From: Mustelus asterias
Taxonomy: Eukaryota
Direction of reading: 5' to 3'
Assembly: GCF_964213995.1 (NCBI RefSeq)
Contig: NC_135802.1
Location: 107,074,001 to 107,138,000 of the forward strand
DNA: 64,000 nt
The position numbers and the translations under genes are program-made. Within the stretch, counting starts at the first letter, position 1. The number at the start of each line of letters is the position of its first letter. Positions 38,712 through 48,925 of the stretch are shown here, piece by piece. The notes below the pieces were generated by a model, which saw only the letters and a list, made by a program, of their open reading frames with translations, did not search any database and was not told the origin of the DNA.

Positions 38712-38815
38712 CTTTCTATTCCTCTCCCATTCCTCCTTCTCTTTCCCATTTCACCCCTCCCCCTCTCTCTGCCTTGCCTCTCCTCTCGCTCTTTCCCTTC
38801 GCCATCACTCTTCCA
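38712..38815. repeat. Polypyrimidine low-complexity tract in the HoxA3 intron
   Basis: About 100 nt almost entirely C/T. Confidence 0.7.
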
Positions 38816-39379
38816 CACTTAACACGCAGACACAATTCCTCTAGAATCCACGTTTGCATTAATTATATCAGTTATATTTTAATGATATTATTGTGTATAC
38901 GTATAACTATATATGGATTTAAGGAGTTGATGTTCATATAACATCAATAATTAAATATTCAGTAATGTGCATATATTCTACATATGGATAATTAAATATT
39001 TATTAAAAGGTCCAGGTTTGGGACTGAACTTTACCATATTTTAAGTTTTAATGACGATGCATATATGATTGGACTTGCAATGTCTATTGCTCATCTCCAA
39101 TTATAGAAACATGTACGCACACCATTCTGATTGATGTAAACGAATTACTAACTAGTGATAACCAAATTTACGGACAAATGAATTGCCTGTACTAGTCTGA
39201 ATGATTCCATGATACTTAGTTATCAGATTTGCATCTGTAGACTACAATTGCAAAGTACGCAAGCACACTTGTATTGACATAGAACACGTGTATAAGGAGT
39301 TACCTTCAATTTTATATAAAATAAAAAAAATTGTAGATCTTAAGTGCAAATGGACACGTGACTCCAAATCATGAAGCAA

Positions 39380-39700
39380 AAGCAAAATACTGCGGGTGCT
39401 AAAATTCTGAAATGAAACCGAAAATGCTGGAAATACTCAGCAGGCCTGGCAGCATCTATAGAGAGCGAACCACAGCCAATCTTTCAGGTCGGTGGCCAGA
39501 ATCAGGAAAAATTAAAAATGACTAGGGTTTAAGCAAATTCTTTTTCCCATATTTCACCTTGCACTTGCTTAAAAACGTTTACATCCCTCACTTTTTCCAG
39601 TTCTGATGGAAGGTCATTGACCTGAAAGGTTAATTCTGTTTTCCTCTCCACAGATGTTTGCTGAGTGTTTCCAACATTTTCCGAGTTTATTTCAGACTTA
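39380..39700. mobile_element. Palindromic (head-to-head) elasmobranch interspersed repeat, Penelope-like terminal repeat derivative
   Basis: Arm 39406-39536 (GAAAATGCTGGAAATACTCAGCAGG...TTTCAGGTC) is the degenerate reverse complement of 39565-39696. The same family occurs at 60950 and 63655. The Penelope assignment is by recognition only. Confidence 0.75.
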
Positions 39701-40293
39701 TGAATTTGATTCATCGTTACTTGTATTTACCATGCAATAAATACCTCTAGTCAAATGCGTTGTTAGCTATCATTCCATCGCTTTAAAATGATCTTTCTAA
39801 TCATGTTTGGTACAATTGCGGCACAAACAAGTGCATTATTTGGAATGTGGGATAGTAAAGTGTCAGGTAACATGAAGTCGGTTTCATTTCTAAATAATAC
39901 CAAGGGTTATAATTAGATATGTATAGTAATAGGCAATTCGCTGTTATTGCCATGCATCGCCCTATTTAAAATGCTGTTCTACTGATTGCAGCATGGGTCA
40001 AATTAAAGCAGTGCTTTGGCAGTACCAGCTCAAAACATAACACCTTGATTGGAATTGGTGATGGTTTATTACATCATTATTACTAAGGATAATAGTTTGG
40101 AGAATGAGTAAAGATGTTGTGGGATTTCTGAAGGTGGTGAATGGGCCATTAAGATGTTAATAATGGGGTTATATGTTGATGTAATTTATTGGGAATATAT
40201 TAGAATATGTCATAGAGTTTATGCGATGTAAATATATCATAACTTCTATAATGCCCCATGACCGGATGTGATCATTGTTTTTTTTCTTTCCAG

Positions 40294-41066
40294 TTGAAAG
40301 TTCTGCTGGCGAAAAAAGTCCTCCGGGCCCAGCCTCCAAGAGGGCACGCACAGCGTACACCAGTGCTCAGCTGGTGGAACTGGAGAAGGAATTTCACTTT
40401 AACCGCTATCTTTGCAGGCCCCGGAGGGTCGAAATGGCCAACCTCTTAAACCTCACTGAAAGACAGATTAAAATCTGGTTCCAGAATCGTAGAATGAAAT
40501 ACAAAAAGGATCAGAAAGCGAAAGGCATGCTAACTTCCTCTGGCGGACAGTCGCCCTGCAGAAGCCCCATTCCACCATCAGCTGCAGGAGGATATGTAAA
40601 CTCGATGCATTCCTTGACAACCAGTGCTCCATACGACCCCCACTCGCCCACGTCCTTCAGCAAACCTCATCAAAACGCCTATGCTATCCCTACGTCTTAC
40701 CCCGGGCCCCTCAACAGTTGCCCACCTCCACAGAAGAGGTATGCTGGGACGGCTGCTGTGACGCCGGAGTATGACACGCACCCTCTTCAAGGCAATGGAG
40801 GCTATGGGACTCCTCATTTACAGGGTAGCCCAGTCTATGTTGGAGGAAACTTTGTGGAATCCATGCCGAGCTCTGGGCCTTCCCTTTTCAGCCTAACCCA
40901 CCTCGGTCATCCTCCCTCTGGAAACATGGACTACAACAGCGCAGGGCCAATGACAAGCAACCATCACCATGGACCTTGCGACCCACATCCCACGTACACA
41001 GACCTTTCTTCGCATCATCCGTCTCAGGGAAGAATTCAGGAAGCACCTAAACTGACCCATCTGTAA
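40294..41066 (+). CDS. hoxa3: HoxA3 coding exon 2 (homeodomain and long PG3 C-terminus)
   Basis: Acceptor tttccag|[22 protein letters not shown]...[15 protein letters not shown], ending [13 protein letters not shown]. Spliced CDS 1236 nt = 411 aa. Confidence 0.96.
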
Positions 41067-41923
41067 TGGGCCAGTTAGCTCCCGGTGGACTATCACTTTC
41101 TCATGCTTTTACGTCACGTTATCTATGATTACACTCCCTCTGCCCCCCCTCCCCCCTTGCCTTTTTGATTTATTATCAACCCTTATAGTTTACATGTAAT
41201 GTACCTATTGACAACCAATCATTGCTTGCATTGCTCTGTCTCTGGTTAGTGATTGTTCTTTTCATGGACTCCAGCCTTAACATTCAATAGTAGAAGTGAA
41301 GTACTAAGGCTTACAGAACTTTGCATATATAATCTTCTACTCTATGGAACAGGGTATATGAACAAATTTTCTAAACAAAAATACTTAAACGTGAATTTGT
41401 TCGTGCTTTATTTTTCCTTGCGAGGAACAGTAAAATGGTTTATATTGCACTTCTTTACATTGAATGGTTAAACAAGATTAAAGCGCTTGTACAGGGTCTC
41501 CCTGGGCAAATAAGAGTTCTTGTCCATCTTTCAGTATGTGTGTATGCTGGTGAACATTCAAAATTTATTTATTTGCTCTTGCAAAGGAGAATATTCTAAG
41601 TGTTTTAAATATTATTTATCCCCATCGTTGCATATTTATAAAGAGAACTGTACATTGACTATTTACTTGGTTCTGTTCAGCCTTGTGTTATAAGTCATGG
41701 TAAATATATGTTTTTTTTATTCCTGTAAAATACACAGAAAAGTAGTTTTCTGTTAGTAATGTATTCATGAAAAACGCAATTTGGTCAATTGTGGGAATAA
41801 CGCCAAGAGACTTAGTCTGTAACTGTAGTATTCTTAAAATGGAACACAAAATTGCCACAGTTTTGTTTTAGATATGCATTCCATGCTGCAAATGAGATAT
41901 CCGTTGGACAGCTAGTTCAGACG

Positions 41924-41929
41924 AATAAA
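41924..41929 (+). terminator. Candidate HoxA3 polyadenylation signal
   Basis: AATAAA about 860 nt after the stop, followed by GT-rich sequence. Confidence 0.55.
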
Positions 41930-42059
41930 AATTTTTTGTCAGCAATACTGTGTTGCTTGTAATGTTAATTTCGATTAATCACATATATAGTGTTTCTTCC
42001 AAAATATTTGCAAAAATGTAACACGCTCAGCAATGCACAGTAAAGCACTCAGCCCAGTA

Positions 42060-42280
42060 GTCAGATTTCCTTTGTGTTGTGTGGCTACAACCAAGTGCTT
42101 CAACCCCCACACTGTAACATCATCCATTATCATGTGGCTTGCATCTGTCTCCAATGCTGCATTTGTTGAGGCCGAGAAGAAAAGAACTCAGATTCTCCCC
42201 CACGCAAGAAATGAAAGGATTTACAAGAAGGCATTACTAGCTTCAGTTTTTAATAATTAATAATGCTTTGTTTGATCAAG
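42060..42280. promoter_or_regulatory. Hoxa2 r3/r5 (Krox20/Egr2) enhancer
   Basis: Two Egr-type sites, CCCCCACAC (42104-42112) and CCCCCACGC (42197-42205), just 3' of the HoxA3 poly(A) site, where the mammalian r3/r5 and neural-crest enhancer lies. Confidence 0.7.
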
Positions 42281-42403
42281 ATGCATATAAATCACACATA
42301 AAAGATACAGATATTGCATTGGATAAACAATATTACTCCAGTCAAGAAACATTATTCTTTGCCGCCGTTTCCCGGTCCGTTTTCCAAAAAAGGTGTACAT
42401 GCT

Positions 42404-42425
42404 GAGAGAGAGAGAGAGAAGAGAA
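42404..42425. repeat. (GA)n microsatellite
   Basis: gagagagagagagagaagagaa. Confidence 0.8.
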
Positions 42426-44803
42426 AGCGTGAGGACTTAGAAGTGCTTGATGTTATTAGTCTTAAGTTAATATTAGATTAATAAATGCTACCGGAAAATA
42501 TTTCTAAAATTCTAGCTATTGAATATACAAATTCCAGTTATACCAGGATTCTTTTAAAAAATGACAATTGCGGCTGAATTTTCTAAAACATAACAGCCTG
42601 TTCGGATCCTGGTGTGTTTTTCTAATTACTTACTGCTTAACTTTTAACCATAAATAAGGTAGGAAAGAACCTTATTTTTAAATTATCAGTATGTCCCTTA
42701 TTTATTTTAAATGTCACAGCCACTTCATATAAAATAAACACCTCGCCCCCCTGAACATTTGCTATCTCAAACTATCAGTTTTGTTGGGAGTATAAAATGC
42801 AATGTAAAAAATATTCACCAATTCAGTATTTGTAAATATTCCTTTTAATTCAAATCCTTTTCAACATGAAGTTACGGTGCTGTCCGCAGCAACGAATAAA
42901 ACTCAAAAGTGAACTTATAGTGATGGTGTATCATTTCATTCGTAAGATCGCTGCTTAATCATTATCTGGATTATTGATTTCAGAAATAATATTTTGCGAC
43001 TGGATGGCATGGGCAGTAATTAATGTATCAGTTAAACAATCAAACATATACAGTCGGAGAATCCATTTCTGCATTGCGAGTGGTATGCATAGGCTTCTCA
43101 AATTGTGCAACAACAGGAAGAAGAAAACTTACACTTAATGCTCAATTTTAAAAAATTAAATTAATTTCCATGTGGCAGAGCCTGAGAGCCGAGGAAGGAG
43201 ACGCCATGTTGTCGGCATACTCGCTGTCAAAGCTTCCCAAAGGACACACTGTCTAATTTATCTTCCTATCCAAAATACATAGGAGACTTTCTTTATGCAG
43301 CTAGCAATGTTTTCAAAGTGATACAATTAAAGTGCATATTGACGAACTGAATGATGCTACCTAAGCAGAACCTGGGCTACATTACACTAATCAACTGCTA
43401 TAAAGCACAAGTTTCACAAATGCAGATTGAACGAAATTATTTTGTGAGGTGACACCAGTCGAGCCAACTTTCTTTCTGTACAGTGCACGCAAATGAATCG
43501 CCTTTAACGAGAGAACGCTTTAAAAAGTCTGGTTTAGCCGCGATCCGAAAGGTTCCACAATGAAATATTCCAAAGTTATTTGACAAGTTTACCACATTTC
43601 CAAATATTAACTTGCAACGAAAAGTCCCTGAGAAGTGGCTTATTTACTCAATATTTATTACTTTCCTTAACTGATATATCGAAATAACATTTCCAATTTC
43701 GAATCAGCTTTAAATCTTTGTCTTCAAAAATAATATAAATCCACGGAATTTCTCTCAGAACACAAGAATTGTTTACTCACAAAATTGTAGCAACCTAATT
43801 ACGCTTTCTGATGCATATTTTACACCCCAGAACATGTTTTCTTCAAGCCGTATAGGTTGCAGAATTGAAGCGTTCTCAGCCGGATGGTGTCTTTTTCCTA
43901 AATATTCCAAGCAGCAAAAGAATAAAATCAACATCGTTTATAGCTTAAGATGCATTAATTTCTATTTCATTCCGTTTTGTGTTGCCAACAAATTGAATCC
44001 AATGCTGTTTACTTTCGCCCACATGCCCGTGCAACAGAAAGGCTGCAAAAATCTGCAGAACGCCAAACACCTACACACATTTCACATACAAAAGCTCCAT
44101 CTAATTTCAAAAGGTCGTCCCATTTGAAGCTTAGCGTGAAAGCCTACAGTTCAAACCTAACAGAGGGAAAGCTCGTAAATGATTAGACGTTCGTATAATA
44201 TTTTCTATGAACTCACCCTGGGTTCTAACTCAGTAGAGTTGAAGATGCTATGGCGAAAAACAAAATATTTTTGGAAACTATTACAAGTACCAAGAAGAAT
44301 TCTCAAACTCTTGCTGCTGGTATTCGACATTGCAGAGAGAAGCTTTAAATGTGTTCTTGGGGGCCAGAAGCTGTCAGATCTATTGCCGAACAAGATTGAT
44401 AGGACACATACTTCCTTACAGCTTTGTTTGCGGTATAAGCAAAAGGGAGGCCTGGAAAACCACTACTATTTCCATCTAACCCAGATCAACACAATCCCAG
44501 CACTATACAATTCCTTGATGCTGAAGGATTTCTTCCTAAGTGCGAATATATTTAGTAAATACTGCGGGCCATAACGAATCTAAGTGCATCGTAAGTTTGT
44601 TTTAACCAACACCCCTCCTCCCCCACCTCTCCCACCATTTAGAAAGAAGTACGATTATTTTTTTTTTCTCAAATGAATTCGAAAATCACGTTTTTGAAAG
44701 CAAACACACAGCTCGTTCCTTCAAACAAGCCACGCAAATCTTCGTTTTGTTAAAACTGTTTCGTTTTCTATTGACTGTATATGCAATGTGTATCTTTTTA
44801 CAT

Positions 44804-44840
44804 GTTTGTGTGTGTTTGTGCGTGTGTGTACATGTGTGTT
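44804..44840. repeat. Imperfect (TG)n microsatellite
   Basis: gtttgtgtgtgtttgtgcgtgtgtgtacatgtgtgtt. Confidence 0.7.
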
Positions 44841-45171
44841 TTAAACACAGCAATCTATTATCGCCCGCAGTTAATCTTTAGATGTTGCAAATTTCACAAA
44901 ACACAAGAGAATACAATACCTTCAGCCATACGCCTTTTTACGTTTTTCGTTGGTTATAAACAGACGGCTATAAAAATAATATAATGCAGTATCCAGAATC
45001 ACCGCCATATTCGACCTCCTGCTTGAATTATTGCCTTCATACAGCACAATAATCAGAGAATATCCGGTACTGTACAAATATAATAATAGGGGGACCGAAC
45101 TCCCAACGAAAACATGAAGCAAATGGCTGCAGCTTCGTCTGTGTAACTTCTTATGTGGCTGGGTTCTGGGG

Positions 45172-45275
45172 TCCAGTGTCAAAACTTTGAAGATTAATGG
45201 ATTACTTTGTTAATGACTCTAGGCGTCAGATTTAGGTGCAAGATGATTTGTGAGGTGCAAGTCGTCTTCGTGACA
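45172..45275 (+). promoter_or_regulatory. Conserved non-coding block upstream of HoxA2
   Basis: TGTCAAAACTTTGAAGATTAATGGATTACTTTGTTAATGACT contains Meis and Hox/Pbx-like sites and is recognised from vertebrate Hoxa2 upstream DNA. Confidence 0.6.
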
Positions 45276-45459
45276 GTCGGTAACACACAGAGAAAGAGGA
45301 GCCAGCAAGTGTGCAGGAGACAAGAGAGGGAGAGAAAGAAAGAGGCAAAGGCCGAATGAACTGATTTCCAGGAGCTTCAAAATAAAAAAAAAATCTTTTT
45401 CACATTTATTATGGGAAGATGGATCAAAAAGTGGAAATCAAAACACTGCTGGCCTTGAA

Positions 45460-45670
45460 TGAGGCGTTTCTCTCCGACTTTTTGGATCAATCACATAGAC
45501 AGTGCCTTCTTTTGATTAAACCCCAAATTGTCATTGGGCAGACGCAATCATGTGACAGCGAATTCGGTCCAATTTCAACCTTGTCTCCATGAATTCAATA
45601 GTTTAATAGTAGCACGGTCCCCATACGGCTGTAATCAGTGAATTAGAAAAAAAAAACCAGCAGCGATATT
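45460..45670 (+). promoter_or_regulatory. Highly conserved HoxA2 proximal promoter/5' leader
   Basis: GGATCAATCA (Pbx-Hox), TGATTAAA, ATTGG 45533, CATGTGACAG 45549, CGGTCCCCATACGGCTGTAATCAGTGAATTAG. Confidence 0.8.
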
Positions 45671-45738
45671 TATTTTTTTTTACCGGCCAAAAAATAACTA
45701 ACACCTAACTTTCTCCCCTACGTTCTGTGGAGACGGCA

Positions 45739-46090
45739 ATGAATTACGAATTTGAACGAGAAATTGGTTTTATCAATAGTCAGCCGTCGCTTGCTGAGTG
45801 CCTGACATCTTTTCCCCCTGTCGGTGATACATTTCAAAGTTCATCAATCAAGAACTCGACGCTTTCACACTCGACAGTGATTCCTCCTCCTTTTGAGCAA
45901 ACCATCCCCAGCCTGAATCCCAGCAGTCATCCTCGCCAAAGCCGCCCAAAACAGAGCCCAAATGGCACAAGCCCTTTACCAGCCGCGACTCTACCTCCGG
46001 AGTACCCCTGGATGAAAGAGAAAAAAAACTCCAAGAAGAATCACCTGCCTGCTTCTTCTGGACCCGCGGCATCCTGTCTTTCCCAGAAAG
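45739..46090 (+). CDS. hoxa2: HoxA2 coding exon 1
   Basis: [28 protein letters not shown] (HoxA2 form). Hexapeptide EYPWMKEKK. Donor AAG|GTCAGC at 46090/46091. Confidence 0.96.
45841..45850 (-). promoter_or_regulatory. Exonic Hox-Pbx response element in HoxA2 exon 1
   Basis: TCATCAATCA reads TGATTGATGA on the minus strand, within codons S-S-I-K. An exonic Hox-Pbx element is described at this position in mouse Hoxa2. Confidence 0.7.
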
Positions 46091-46229
46091 GTCAGCTCAA
46101 AGACGTTTCGCTTCTAAATTATTGTCTTAACTTAGTCTCCCGCTTCTTTGCATGAATTGTTTAATCAGTTTTATTTTGGGGGCTAGTTAATAATTAAGAG
46201 ATCACAGCACTTTTGCCAACTTATTTAAT

Positions 46230-46365
46230 GGAGGATGATTTATTTGCCGGGCTAGTCAGAAAATGACCTTCTGTGTTCTCCCCATCCTAGAGTTTTGATA
46301 TTTGACAGTAATGAAGAGTGATAGATGAGTGCACTTTCATGGTAATGCAGCTGATGCAGAGCTCA
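46230..46365 (+). promoter_or_regulatory. Hoxa2 intronic rhombomere-4 enhancer
   Basis: TGATTTATTT 46236, TGACAG (Prep/Meis) 46303, TGATAGAT 46319 and TGATGCAG 46352, in the PH1-PM-PH2-PH3 arrangement. Confidence 0.8.
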
Positions 46366-46605
46366 CCAAATGTGGAAAGGCTGCTGTAAACTTTACTGCA
46401 AGCCTGGGCTTTGGTGCACGTGTATGCCACAATATCTTTAATATTTTAGCAAGTGGCAGACGCCAGAGCCGCAGACATTGAAACAATGGGTTTACTGCAT
46501 TCAGGCGGCCATTTTGTTGCAGTGGATGGTCTATATTTTATAAAATTTTGGTTCAAGTGACCGCAAACTCTTTTATTGTTGCTTCTCACTTCTATTCATT
46601 TGTAG

Positions 46606-47345
46606 AAACTCACGAAATTCCGGATAATACAGGTGGGGGATCGCGGAGGTTAAGGACAGCTTATACAAACACACAGCTTTTGGAGCTGGAGAAAGAATTT
46701 CACTTCAACAAGTATCTGTGTCGACCCAGACGGGTGGAGATTGCAGCTTTGCTTGATTTGACTGAAAGACAAGTGAAAGTATGGTTTCAAAACAGACGAA
46801 TGAAGCACAAAAGACAGACTCAGTGCAAAGAAAACCAAAACAGCGATGGCAAACTTAAGAATTTGGAGGATAGTGGGCAGCCAGAGGATGATGAAGAGAA
46901 GTCACTCTTTGAGCAAGGCATCAATAATGTTACAGGCGCTCTCTTGGACAGAGAAGGCTATAGTTATCAACCCAATGCACTGACTCAACAGCAGGCGCAG
47001 AATTTACACAATGGAGAATCCCAAAGTTTCCCAGTTTCGCCTTTGCCCAGCAATGAGAAAAATCTAAAACATTTTCATCAGCAGTCACCCACTGTTCAAA
47101 ACTGCCTGTCAACAATGGCCCAGAACTGTGCAGCTGGCTTGAACAATAACAGTCCAGAGGCCCTTGATGTCCCTTCTTTACAGGATTTTAACGTATTTTC
47201 CACAGAATCCTGCCTGCAGCTTTCAGATGGAGTATCGCCCAGTTTGCCAGGGTCCCTCGACAGCCCTGTGGATCTTTCTGCTGATAGTTTTGACTTTTTT
47301 ACGGATACTTTAACCACAATCGATTTGCAGCATTTGAACTACTAA
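46606..47345 (+). CDS. hoxa2: HoxA2 coding exon 2 (homeodomain)
   Basis: Acceptor tttgtag|[40 protein letters not shown], ending [13 protein letters not shown]. Spliced CDS 1092 nt = 363 aa. Confidence 0.96.
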
Positions 47346-47701
47346 CTGAAAAGTCGGTGTGAGCAGAATATGCCTTCATTTAAATTCGTTTTCTTTCCTT
47401 CAGTTCATTTCAAAATGGTCAGTATTTTTTGTTTTCTTTTGATTAACTTGAATGTGTTCGAGGGCCATCTATAATTGCAAAAGTTAGTTATTGTATTTGG
47501 ACTAATGCCCCGTGTTTCATGACCCGTCATCCAGCAAACGTGGGCCCCTCATGAAAATGATTGCATAGAAATCATCCGATCGCTACTTTTACTTTTGTAT
47601 TATTTTAAGGTACATTGTCATGAATAATTTGATAGAGCAAAATATTATACGCTACAGGTAGGCATCCTGAAGCATTTTCTCTCTCAGGACTATTTTCACT
47701 T

Positions 47702-47742
47702 AATAAATACCTTTCATTTTTTGACATAAATGCATTAATAAA
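47702..47742 (+). terminator. Candidate HoxA2 polyadenylation signals
   Basis: Two AATAAA (47702, 47737) followed by a T-rich tract. Confidence 0.55.
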
Positions 47743-48854
47743 ATTGAGCATTCTGGTCAGTCTCGTTCTTTACCTTTTTTTTCATAACAGTATTTATTGA
47801 AGATGACGAAGAAGAATAAAACAATCCGGGATCTTTATTGTGTGACTGCACAGCAACAACAATAAAATTGGGCTTTCCAACTTTGACCAAAACTGCTTGT
47901 GGCAGAGAGCCGGGAAATGTATTAATATCGACTTTATTAAATTAAATTGCACAAAATATGTGGCGCTACATTTTAATGTTAACAATTCCATAGAACAAAC
48001 TGAACGATGGCAAAAAAAAAGCTATATATAGGAATGAATAATATTCCGTCGAAAAATCTTCTTAAGTTCACACCCCATGGATGAATCTGCCAACTCTCAG
48101 AAAATCTAGGAAAGAAGGGGAAAAGTTTAGGAGTGTTCGCGTCCATTTGTGTTTGTTATCAAACAAACCTCTGTATCTACTGATGCCAGTATCTAATCTT
48201 TAACACCGATTCCTCTATTGCCCTATTGCCAGTCATCATCACAGTGTAGATTTCCATACGTTTTACTGCACCAAGCACCATTAAAACCGGCCCTAAATAA
48301 ATTTAACTGGTCCTAAGGAACTTTGGCATTGCCAAGTAGTTTATTATTTTACTAACAAATCGTGCATTAGAGATTTTCTAGCGAAAACCGATTTGATTCA
48401 AGTAAAGCCAACAACTTTTTTTTAAAAAAGAAAGTAAGTTCTGAGGGAGCGCCGGGAACGGCGCTTAAAAAAATCCATTCAGAACAAATGTTTCATGTGT
48501 TGCAATCTTTTTTGAAAAAAAGTCTTCAAAAAACATGATCTCAAATCTCGGCCCACATTCTGTAAAAGGCCAGGCATATTATGTTTATTTTTGCATTTGC
48601 ATTTGTGTAAATGAAATAGCAGCTGTAGGAATGCACCCTTATTGTGCACCAGGGCTTCAGGACGCGGTTCCTTTTTTGTTGTTTTAATCCTCCTGTAACA
48701 TGCTCTCTGTCCCCTCCCCGAAGTACTTGTTGTATCTCCATTCGACAGAAACTTTCAATATTAGCCGCGGTGCACTGTGTGTTTGTGTTGCCTTTCGAAA
48801 GCACGTTGGGCTTTTGCGTAAGCAGTGACAGGAACGGCTCTGGAGGTAATTCTT

Positions 48855-48925
48855 CCCAAACTCATAAATCAAAGCCCTTTTATGAATGAGAATGTCATCA
48901 AATGGATCAATCGCAGCAGTACATA
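48855..48925. promoter_or_regulatory. Hox/Pbx/Meis site cluster between HoxA2 and HoxA1
   Basis: TCATAAATCA 48862, TTTTATGA 48878, TGTCA 48893 and GGATCAATCG 48904, all within about 55 bp. Confidence 0.6.

Noticed and set aside
44179-44574. 131-aa intergenic ORF between HoxA3 and HoxA2
   Set aside because: No recognisable homology or motif; the length is compatible with chance across six frames of 64 kb.
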